A DNA stretch of 64,000 bases from Bugula neritina (Eukaryota > Animalia > Bryozoa). Below the pieces are notes generated by a model that was not told the DNA's origin, ran no database searches, and saw only the letters and a list, made by a program, of their open reading frames with translations. How positions within the stretch are numbered: the first letter of the stretch is position 1; each line of letters begins with the position of its first letter. Positions 1-20,000 of this stretch are shown piece by piece. Location: the NCBI GenBank assembly GCA_964035545.1, contig OZ037769.1:3100001-3164000 (forward strand), in the 5' to 3' direction. The translations under genes were made by a program, and so were the position numbers.

Positions 1-74
1 CTCGAGTAGTAGTCAAGCAACACGACTTGAATCCAGTTTAAAAAATAAATTAAAAATTAAAAAATATACTTTAC

Positions 75-3000
75 CTGAAGCAACGAGCTGATGAAATGGA
101 ATACGATGCTTTATCGTGAACTCCCCCGCATGCGTACAGGAAGTTGTTGAATACGCACAACGAAGGAGCAACCAAGTAACGAGGAGGCTTCCTTAAATCA
201 ATAGCAGCCTGAGATGATAGTTTCTGGCTTGTACTAAACAGCGGGTATGCCATGAAGTACCCGTAAGTTTGAAGCATAACCATACATATGATGTTAGCAT
301 GTCTCACCTACAAATATTTGTGTATCACACGAGCTTACAACACATATTTTTAATCATACAAATTTTCTAATAAAGTATTGCAACTAAAAGACTTAAAAAG
401 CTTACAGCCACAATCCCTGTGAGAACCCCTGAAGAAAAGGGTTTTTGCTAAATTGGGCTAAGGATTTATTCAGATGAGGCACAGGAGCAATTAGAACTGG
501 ATGCTCTTCCTAACATCACCAATGGCCTTTGTCGGGCTCAAACCCATATGACTTTGTGCTTACTAGGCAAACACTCTAACCTCCAGACCCCGGCTGCAAC
601 TAGATCAAGTAAAATAGCCCTAGTTTGAATATCATACCTATGCACATGCTACAGAAAAAATATCACCTGCGTGCGTGAAGTCTGTAAAATAGGTCTTTTT
701 ATGGTGACTATGTGGTAGTCTTTGGCTTCAGTTAGTATTTCATTGCATCCCCTAGTCTTCATCAGTTCCACTTCGCTTATATGGTTGACGAGATCTTCAC
801 CTGCCAATTAGGAAAGAAAACAATTACCAAGAAAAGGAAGACAACTACCAAAATAGAATACAGCTACTAAAAAGGAAGACAACTACCAAAATAGAATACA
901 GCTACTAAAAAGGAATACGACTACAGAAAAGGAATACAGCACTAAAAGGAAGACGACTACCAAAAAGTTTCTCTATATACTGATTTAGAATAATGTAAGT
1001 CTGATGGACATTGTTAAAACTAGGAACACAGTAAAAGAGAAACTGCCGTCACCAATGAACTTTAAAGAATTCAAATGACTGACTAAGTACAACATGTGTC
1101 ACCCAGTTTCCCTGGGAGCATCTTAGAAAAGAAACTGCTACTCAAATTTGAGTACAAATGAAACTTTCCGGCCGTATTCATTTGCACAATGGTATGACTA
1201 TGAAATAAGCTAGTTTCATAAACAACCAGCAAGAAGCAACCTGCCATAAAACTTTGTGTGGTTGCTAGAAGACTTATGATTTTGAAAACTAAAATAAAAC
1301 TAAATTCATACATTTCTAATGGGAATTTCTCCGACTTACCACTCATTAAAGGAAATCGAATAAGAGCCATAACTGTTTCAATAAGATGCACCTTCTCTGG
1401 TCTATCCTCTACATTATTCAACCATTTCACTGCCTGAATCAACAACCACCTTCGTCAATGTACTGGTTAACTATTGTAAAATGTGTATTCTAATTAATTT
1501 TTATTTTCACAAAACACTTGGAAACTATTCATAGTAATATAAGTTGCACTAATTTTTCTGCAATGCTTTTAGGTATCACCAACATCAAACTTATTGAATT
1601 TTTGTTATTCAAAAATCAAATGCCACGTTTTCCAAATAAAGAACAAATATTGTAACAGCTGGACATAGCAAATCGAACATAGAATCATATTCCATAGAGC
1701 ATTGAAAGTATCTAAAACACCCTGCACAGGAACAAAATAATATTTAAATCCTTCAATGTTTAAAATGTTAGTTTAGATAAGGCCGAAACACATGTACACA
1801 GAAAATCATGAAAAGTAACTTATACAACAGGATAAAGAACCTGATGAAGTCTATTTCAGATCACATAAACTATGTAAATGGACTAAATCAGAAGATACGT
1901 TCACATTGTATCAACCATATACATCAGATGGAAGAACACAAGAAAACACGTTCACATACTATTTGACAGTTGAGCAGTTAATAGAAAGATACAAACCGTT
2001 TCAAAGACATCAAGTTCAGCATAGCAATACAGGGCATCACTTTTCAACAGAGCTATCATTTGTGATTGGGTGAGCAGAAGTAATTGATCATCAGGTAAGC
2101 TGGTAAAGTTCACTTTAATGTAACTATAAGCATTAGTCTTCACGGAACCCAGTGAATATTTGTCCGCAATGTTATATATTTCAACACAATTATCTGCAAG
2201 AAATAGTTACAACTGCTAGCAGGCATAACACAGCAAATAAATAGCTGGTTGACAGACTGATACCTGGTTATTTCTGTAAAATGTTGTAATGGAGTTTCTC
2301 CATTTCATTTTAATTTATAATTTTTCAAAATTTTGAAACTCAAATCACTAGCAAAAAGTTTTCAGTAATGACTAGCCACTCTGATTTAGGTAACTGTATT
2401 CTCTTCAGTTTTAAAACTTCATTTACCATGTCAATGTAACATGGTTGTTATCATAGTTACCATGGCAGTGTATACATATTTCAACAAAACTCCATATAAC
2501 TTAAGCCAAGAGTTTACAGAGAATCATTAGACACAATGCAGTGTACTAACTCATAGTGATCATTGAGATAAGATAATCGCAACAAAACCGAGCAGCTTCG
2601 TCCACTTGTAAACGAGATACGGCATCAATCATGTCTGTTATAGTTTCTTTAGATAGAGAAAACTTTCCCGTGTACATGAATTTCACCAATTCCTACAAGG
2701 AGTAATATTATATAGGAAATGGAAACTTATTAAACTGCTTAAATCTTTGTAAAAAAACTCTTGGTTACATTTTATAAAAATATAGCAGTAAAATTTTTGA
2801 GTTAATCTTTTTTCTGTGTTACTAATAGACATTAAACCCAAAAAGAAGATCAGGAAGGGTGTGAATAGGTGATTCAATTAACGAAAAACTAGTAGAAACA
2901 AAGCTAAATTGGCCAAAAATTCCAGCTGGCTACAGCTGTTGAGTGTCTTATCAAAATGAATATCAATTTACTGAATACGTTGGTGAGGGTATACAACGCT

Positions 3001-3921
3001 ACAAATAGGTTGCCCAAGCTCATAAGCTAATTGAAAGACGTGTAACTAAAGTCCACCAAAAATTAACTTTCATTGGGCATACAATTCCAAAGCTATGCAT
3101 GAGTTGCAGCCAAGATGTTTGCAGATGTTAATGCTATGTTAATATAACTTGCTGGCCCTTTTATAAACAACTTATTCATCAACTATTTACTTACTAGAAC
3201 AGCGGTAGGCTTCAGTCCTTTCAACTCTACAAACCCTTGCTCCAGCTCCAACATCTGGCTTTGAAAAAGACAGCTAAAGTAACTTGACGTCGAGGAAAGA
3301 ATGAGTTTATGAGTTTGAATCTCACAGCCGTCATCCAGCTTTAAAGTGAAATCACAGAACGCACTAAAATTAAAACAATATCAAAGTTATAATTGCATAC
3401 ACAAAAAAATTAAAAAATATCTCTGCAAAAAGTATAGCTAAAAAATCCAAAACTTAGTGAATCAAAAACAAAGTTAATTTTACACATGATAAACAATATA
3501 CTGCATACATGGATACGTATATTGAGTGATTAATGGAGTAGGTACTTGCCCATCTTTTTGATGTTCATATAAACTTTGAGTTAGTTTAGTGGCATATTTC
3601 GGACATTGAAAGTGGACAGTATGACTAGATGATGCCGCTAATTTTGACTTTGATAGCAGCTTCTGAAACTTTAGTTTCATAGTACCGACACATTTTATTT
3701 CACGTGTATCAGCCTAGAAAAATAGTTTACTTTTCAACATAATGCATGCAGCTTTCAACATACTAGATTATAAACAAATATAAGGTTCAGAATTAGAAAC
3801 TTTAAGAGCAGTGTAACAGGATTTTATTGGTAACACTTACGCTGACTGCTGAACTAAAAAAACTCATGGACTCAGTAGACTGGTCACCTGTATCAGTGAA
3901 AAAAGAGAATTCCTCACTCAT
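75..3921 (-). CDS. Kelch-like protein (BTB-BACK-Kelch, Cullin-3 adaptor); 3' part lies beyond the window start
   Basis: Phase-consistent exons: 3921-3841, 3713-3550, 3363-3195, 2692-2551, 2193-1997, 1433-1340, 800-667, 307-75. BTB: DGAFCDFTLKLDDGCEIQTHKLILSSTSSYF...ELVKFMYTGKF. BACK: NCVEIYNIADKYSL...ELDVFETAVKWL...IRFPLM. First Kelch repeat: NNFLYACGG. The KLHL orthologue cannot be assigned. Confidence 0.9.
405..598 (-). mobile_element. tRNA-derived SINE, copy 1 (Kelch intron)
   Basis: Aligns along its length with 33066-33252 (tccctgtgagaa...gaggcacaggagcaatta...ctggatgct.ttcctaa.atcaccaatggcctttgtc...ctctaacc). A/B boxes are more degenerate than in copy 2. Confidence 0.8.
826..965. repeat. 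Imperfect tandem repeat (~37-bp unit aaaaggaagacaactaccaaaatagaatacagctact)
   Basis: 3-4 copies visible, about 25 bp from the Kelch acceptor at 801. Confidence 0.85.
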
Positions 3922-4859
3922 CCTGTAAATATAAGAGTAAGAGAAAAAATTATTTTCATAGTTTCGGGATTTTGATTACCACCTCAATCACAACGCATAT
4001 TTAATCTTATACTCATAGGCTAGTGTACAAAACATAAATATAAAAAATATCTTGATAACTTTCAATTTCAATATGAATAGTTATATTCTATCACAAACTT
4101 AAAAATACTAAATATTTATATTATAATAATAATTACATAATGATAACTAATAACAATAAACTTATAGTTTTACTTATATACTATAGCTAATAAGTAGTAT
4201 AGAGTATAGTAATAGTTAGTCTAAAGTTGTACTGATAGTAATACTTTTAATTTTAGCTATACTTAAAGCATCACACCATTAGGCGGCTATCAGCATGCAA
4301 AAAGAGTTGTTACAAATTAATATTACGATTATCATTTCGCAAGGTCGAGAGCAAACGAGTAGTTAAACTTAATGTTATCTACTTTAGACCTCGACAAACC
4401 ATTTGTCGTTACACTTAGTCTTACAGTTTGAGTTACACTAAGTTACTGTTATTGTTACATTTGAGTTTTGACTTTTACTTTGTGGTTGTCAAATGTAATA
4501 CTAATAGTAATACTAATCTAAATCAATAATATTAAAACAACTATAGTAAATGTAATAGTATAACTATAAGTATATAAACTATATACATTAACATAGATGA
4601 TAGTGATAGTATATAATAAATATTATAATTATATGGTATATATTATTGTGTATATAGTTATACTAGCCTACAGTTGCATGGAAATTGATATGTTGAAGCA
4701 AAAGGTGATTATCTTTTTATTTCATATTTGAAATATAACTATTAGTATAACCATTGAAACATGTTTTAATTTACTGACTCTGAGTATAACCAGTGATTGT
4801 GAATTCAACATTAGTCTCAGATGCAACTTTTAAGATTTTGTACAGCAACTAACTTTGCA

Positions 4860-4930
4860 ATCTCTTAAGGTACAAGAGCTAGCGCACGCGTGCCAATAAA
4901 AAAAGAAATAGGAAGTGTCGGCAACCTTTT
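4860..4930. promoter_or_regulatory. Probable shared (divergent) promoter of the Kelch-like gene and coronin
   Basis: Locally GC/CpG-rich patch in AT-rich DNA between head-to-head genes. Contains gcgcacgcgtg (NRF1/E-box-like), ccaat and aggaagtg (ETS). A second ETS-rich patch lies at 6015-6060. Confidence 0.45.
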
Positions 4931-6685
4931 CCATTTAGTTTGAAATGCAGATTTCAGTTTCTAACTTAGTAACACTAACCAAGTAGTAAATTTTAGCATT
5001 AACATAGCAAATGTGATATCCGTTTATTTTTGTTAGTTTTTTTTAAAAAGTAGTTGCCATGTTTGCCTTGAGTGAATGTTATTTGTCACTAAACATGAAG
5101 TTGAAAATATAATTATTTTTATTTTAATTTAATTTAGAAATAAATTTAAAATTAAAATATCTTTTACGTTTAGTTTTACTCTATATTATTAAAACTAGGT
5201 TTAATTATAATTATTTTACAATTTGAATTTCGTTTTCAATAATACATTTCGGAATAAATTTTGCTCCCAGTTCCACTAAAAGTAAAATTAAATTACTTAG
5301 TCGTACAGTCAGTTACACTTACAGTTTCAGTTTGAGTTACTAAATTAAAATCACTATACTTATAGTTATTTATATTATTATTATTAATATTGTTATTAAA
5401 TATTATAATTATATCTATTAATAACCTATATTTTATTTTTTATATTTATTACATTATGATAAGATTTAGAGTTAGACTAAGACTTAGTTTTAGCCATTAC
5501 ATTTGTGATTTACTGTTTTAGTGTTTACTGTGCACCATTTTATTTTGCATTTTTATTTACATTACATTTTACATCAATACATGTATTTGTAGCATATTTA
5601 TTTACATTATGATTATCATAATCATTATGATAATCAGCGATTATGGTTTATAGGTATACTTATAGTTATGCTAATACTAATAGTAATACTAATGCTAATA
5701 GTAATTATTAATTAGTAATCCTAATAGTAATACTATGACTATAGTCTATAAGTATGTTATATTCTTTTGTCTTTGACGTCCACTTTCAGTGTGTGCTCAT
5801 TATGATTATATTCAATTTTATACTTATATAAAATAATAGAGAATTGTAAAATAATAATAGGAACTAAATAGGTAACAATGTGCATTATTGTAAAGTGGGA
5901 AGAACTTATTCATCAATAGTTTGTATCTGTGTTGATCAATAGTGATCATTTTTAATCACTGTTGGTTACCATTATGACCAAGTTTAGTGTAACTTTCTTA
6001 GCATGTCATTGTCTTCATAAGGAAGTCGAAGCCCGCTAAAGCACCGGGAAGTGACAACTACTGATAATTAATGATAATAGGGATAAGGAAAGATTATATC
6101 TTAAGTTCACTTGATATTCTATATTACGTTTCTCACTACTTTCGTCTAAACTTCATTTAAATTTATTCATCTCTTTTCCCTCTTTAAATATTTACTAATT
6201 TTAGCCTCTTTTTATCTTACCTTTCAAGCCTGTTACAGTTTTATAATGAAGTCGGTAAAAAGAAGCTATTCGGAAATTAATGTAATTTACAACCTAGTTT
6301 TTCTATTCTGAATACAAAATATTTGAATAATAACTGATGCAGAACTTAAAATTATGTTATTATATTTGATGAGTCATATATTCTTATGGAACATACCCTT
6401 ACATATTGACTATAACCTCTTGTTATAGCTCTAATGATCGGATGCTGAAGAAATATTGGGTGACATTAAATATTTGTCTGGTTTAGGTGTTAGTTTCAAC
6501 TGTGTTTAACTATTTCAATAGCCCAAATTGTTTGTAAATTTATTATAAAGACTAAGAATGTGTTTATGATGAAGCATGTTTTGTTCACCGATAATTATAG
6601 CAAAATGATTTTCATCGCCATAAAATTTATTTATGAAAAATTGAAAATAGCTTCTAAAGTATTTTCAGTTTGTAGTTGTTTGTAG

Positions 6686-14826
<8,141 letters not shown>

Positions 14827-17000
14827 ACAAATTGGACAGCATGCAATACCAACAAATATTACGCCAATGTGTCATTTTCACTTATTTCTTCACTTTCAGT
14901 AAAATTGGTTTTTACATTTTGAGTTATTCGCTGTAAAGATACATCAAACAACATAGATTAAATTATGGTTGTATTTATACATTAGTTTTCCTGTTTTCTC
15001 TAAACTCTTTCACGATATCATCACAATCTGTGTATCCAAACTCTAAGCTAAATGCCTTATTTTAGTTGAAGGTGCTTACTTCATTGAGATTGCTTATATC
15101 CTACATGTGATCTGCTGAAACCTTCATCATTTCGTCAGGATCAATCTAGAGTTATGTCTGTATAAAGTTAATGTTTGTAGAAATAGAAAGTGTTGCATGC
15201 TACTTTTTCATTCCAAGCTTTTTTATAGTTATATATAATATATTATATGATAATATATGAAGTCTTTGACTTGTCAAGCATAAAAAATAAATACTCGACA
15301 TAAATATTATGCAGTGCAACTTTTGCTGTATTTCCAAATATTAAACCATGCATAAGTTGCATGTGACACACTTGTAAATTTAACATATTCTGGCTGTTGA
15401 CTTAAAGTAATAATGTGAATTCTCTTGTGGAATAGACAGTGGTAGGCAAGAAACATTTCATAAGCCATTTTAAATTTTATTGCAAAAAGACAAGGGGTTC
15501 AAATCACAGCGACTGTTGACAACAGCGGAGAATAACTCCTTGCTCTTTTATTGGTTGCAGCTGAGGACAAATCATTATCCGACTTTTTGTTGTGTTATCG
15601 TATACCACAAGCCGTTATTTTAAAAGGCGCAAGTTCGGCAAGGAGTTGTTTGTAGACTAAGTTTTTTAGTTCAAATGCTTTGCTGTATTTTAAAAATACT
15701 TCTCAGTTTCACTTTGAAAAATTAAACTGCAAATTCAGGTTAGGAGGCTAACGCGAAAAGCATGTACTGCAAGTTGTTGAATTTAGCATTGATTATAAAT
15801 ACTACTGCTAGTGCTAGTATTAATAAATATATCCATTGTCCAATGGCAGTATAAATTATTTTTATGTCTATAATTATTACCTCTGTTACTCTATCATCAA
15901 AATTGTTTTTTTAATATAATTAATATTATAAACGATCTCAAAGTCAAGCTTAACACCAACAAAATGATTTATTTTTATAATAATTAAACTTAGAGAGTTA
16001 AAGTTGAAGTTCTACTTTAAGTTTAACAGTAACACTAAGACTGTTAGTGTTAGACGTATTCTTAGTAACAGTAACTCTGCGAGTGAGTCTGAATCTCATC
16101 ACAGCTATTTCATTTAATTTTATGACTTAACTTAATAACTAAGTTTAGTTCTTTACTCGGTCTGACTTGCAGTTTCACTATAACTATTGCATAGTATTTA
16201 CTTTTAGTTTCATTGACCATTTGACTTAGTATTAGTAATAGTATAAATATCACTATCAGTGTATAGTGTACACTAATAGTAATACTGTATTACTATTAGT
16301 ATTACTAATACTAATAGTATTACTGTAACTACAAGTAGGCTTATAAATGTTAACTATTTTACCCCAATACTGAATACTCATAGCCATACTGTCAGACACA
16401 CGATCATTCTATTACTATGAGTATCAGTATTAACATATTTCCTATCAGCCATACTCATAGTCAAAGCAATAGTGGTGCTGACTATCACTAACAATTACAA
16501 AGACCATTATTGTATTTTCATTTCAAATTAACATTATTTAAAAATTCAAGTTTGCTATTACCATTACCATTATGATTATCATTTCTATTACTGAATCTAA
16601 ATAGTTATTAGTATTATTCAAACTCAAATTGCTGATAAATCAATCTAGTCAGCCTTACATAATGATAGACATACTCTCTAGTTTGCTAATATTTAATTTA
16701 ATGTGGTATAGTAATTTGCTAAACTGTGCAACAAAGACTATATTCATGGAGACGATCATCCATCAACCTCAACGGTTTTACAAGTTTTGATTTATGAATA
16801 AAATCGTAACTTTGAAGTCAAAGTGCTTAAATACATTATTTATTATTTTGACTATTGAATTTAGTATAAAGGTCAAAGGAGTTATTTTAATTTTTATCTT
16901 GAAAGTTTCCTGTATGAAATATCTAAAGTTGGTTTATATCGTTCTAGTTACTGACACCCATTTTACACACTAGCAATTACATTTGCTGTAGGTACATGAT

Positions 17001-20000
17001 ATGACAATGGAAAGCCAAGTAAATGGCTCACACAAACAATCGCTGTTAGAAAAGTTTGGACTAACTTTGGAAAAGCTTGAATCTCACCACATAGAAAAAT
17101 GCTCAGATGTGAAGGAGCTGGAGCAAATCTTGCGAGTTTTGAGGTGAGTCGACTCACTGTGACAGCTTTTCGGAGTTGTGTGACCTCTTCCTAGTTGCTG
17201 TGTATAGCATCATACAAACTGTACTACATTCTGTTGGTGGTAGAGCATGTCAAAAGCTAATGGCAGCTAGGACTATGACTCTGAACTCCATCAGAGCTAA
17301 AAAGCCAGTAAATTATAATGCCACTAAGAAGGAGAACTGAGTCGTGGAGGTGAAAGTTGTGACCTCTTCCTAGTTGCTGTGTAACGCTGTAGAACTTCTT
17401 TATATGAGAGTATAAACACTATAATATTGCCTCGTTGGACATGCTTCTAGCTCAATGTAAACTGCCATACTTTTACAGCTACTTTTACATTTACTTGGTT
17501 TTAATAGCCTTAACAGTTGACATCAAAGTGAACACTTACCATAGACCAAGCTTCCTGCTGTAGCAATTTCCAATACAAGGCAGTCCCTGTGTCTGGTTTT
17601 CATCAGACAGCACAACTTTTGGTGTTCTTTCCTTCAAGTTTTAAGTATTTTTTATTTCATCTATTATATGTCAGTATGTAAACCAGCCAACATGAATATT
17701 ATACATAGTTTGAGGTTTAACTAGTTAGCCTAAGTCTACAACTGTAACTTGTATCAGTGAAATTGTGATGGCAATGAAAACTGTAGCCCAAGTCTACTTG
17801 CAGAAAGGGCAAAGAGCTTACAAAGCCCAAATCCTTGTATTCTGCAACTTTTTATTGCATTTGTTCCAATTTTTATCTCGGCTTTCATTTTACTTTGATT
17901 TATGTATCAATTGTGTAGTAAAAGTTTAGTTATGTGTTATATACACTGTATTCAACTTGTTTACTTGCAGCTCTTCCAACACTGTTATGCAATGATGGTT
18001 AATGAAACTCTTACATATACTACTATTAATACATTTATTAGCTGCTTCACTTCTTTGCATCAGGAAAAATAATGTATCAAGGAAACAGTTGTGCAATATT
18101 CATTTTAATGTGTCATGAGCTACGTTTAGGCTTGGAGTATTTTATTTTCTATCAAATTAGTACAGTGTAGCCTGAGAACTCAACTCAGTGTAAAGGGGAA
18201 CCAACAGAGTGGTTTACAGATCTAGCCTAGTCCAGAATTCTGATAGCCTTGAGTTCTCTGTTGTTTGTATGGGCTTTGGTTTTAATTATAAGATACTTTT
18301 TCTTAAATGTAAAGTTTCATGGAAAAAAATTATTAAAATGAAATTTAGAGTATTTGAATAAGAAAGGTAACTTAGGTATTAGGTGATTAAGGTATCTTTT
18401 GGGGATCTAGGTTTTGGCGCAATTCAAATCTATTCTGCGTGCAATAATAATAGAAAGTGAATGCCATTCAATTTTTTTAATAGCAGTTTTGGTTTAAATT
18501 TCAATCCCTGAACTTGTTAAGCACAATTCAGTATGGAAAGAGATGACCTCTTGATTTGAAGCTGTCCAGTTAGTTATTAACTTGCTTAATCTTAACAATA
18601 AAGCATTAAGATATGAACAGCCATTGTTTTACATTCTTAATTATTTAAAATTGCGCTTTAATAAAATAATGTTTAGGTGTTTAACTCAGACTAACCTGGT
18701 TGGAATGAATGATTTTTTTTCATACTGATCACTGCTAGTCAGTTACTACTGATGTCATGGTGTTTATGATGAGTTTAGATCTGGCTTTTGTTCTAGATCT
18801 GGTGAAGAAGGGCGGTATGACCATTTGGAGAAACACTGTGAATCAAAATTGCAAAAACTGGCTCCAAAAAGGTATGTCTTCACAAGTCAAGATTAGTGCA
18901 CATAAATCTGTCTCCGTGTATAGCTAATAGTAGAGTAACCAGATGTACTGAGGGGTTTTGTAATTTACTTGTTGATAGCACATAATAACCTAGTAATAAC
19001 ACACTGCTGTTTCTGTAGCCGTTTTCTGCGTAAAGATAGCCCACTGATCTCGGCCAAAGACTTACCTGCAGAAAATGGAGTTACAGATGAACTGAAGGTC
19101 AGTTGGTAAAAGGGGACAACTCCATTTTTATTATTGATTTTAGTTTTTCTTTTTCTCCAACTATTCTGATTAACTAATTAAAAACAGTAAATTTATAAAA
19201 AAAATGCTGATGAAATCGGTTGCCATTAACAGAACTTGAATGTGTCTAGCCATGAGTTACTTTGCAACAGATTTCTGTTGTTGGTGCATATCGAATATTG
19301 AAATTAGAAAATTTGTTAATACTAATTGACATTGCTGGGCGTGTTAGTCCCACTGCTAGTCCCACTAATGTTGAAAATTAGCCAGTGACTACCTGTATGG
19401 TGTGATTGCCTTTTAACTTTTCTTTGGCACTATGTGTAATGTATTTGCTCTTGTGACTTATTTGTGAATTGAAAGGTTTGAATTAGTCAGCTGGTATTAG
19501 TAATACTGACTCACTCAGCTAGGTTCAGTCAAAGAGTTACTGAGTCACAATGACTAGTAGTGGTCAACTGACAAGTGAAAGCTATTCATTTAGCAGGGCC
19601 TAATGTATTCTGTACACCTGTCAAAGTGATAGAAATGTCTGTTTGTCATCATAATATGTATATAATATATTTCCTCATTGTTCCTTGTTATCAGCTGGTA
19701 TACACCTACTACCTGTAAGTCAACTAGTCTTACTTTCCCATACATATTGTTCTCATACAGTAAATATCTTTTAGAAGCACTGAAATGATGCATGACTAGT
19801 TAGCTAAGTTAACTAGCTAGCAATATAATGACTTGAGAACGTATGCATTGGTTTGGTAGTATTATAATTAGATTTAGGAGACACGCAGTAGCTTGTGCAT
19901 AAAGAAATAGCAACAAAATGATGCAAGTACAACACTGCGTTAGAGCTGAGTTGGGTTTTCACTGCTAGAATATTATTTTAAAAGCAGTAGGCAATAGGCT

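Noticed and set aside
15510-15527. RFX X-box upstream of the ciliary gene SPAG1 (ctgttgacaacag)
   Set aside because: Palindromic but too short for the 13-14-bp X-box consensus; cannot be supported.
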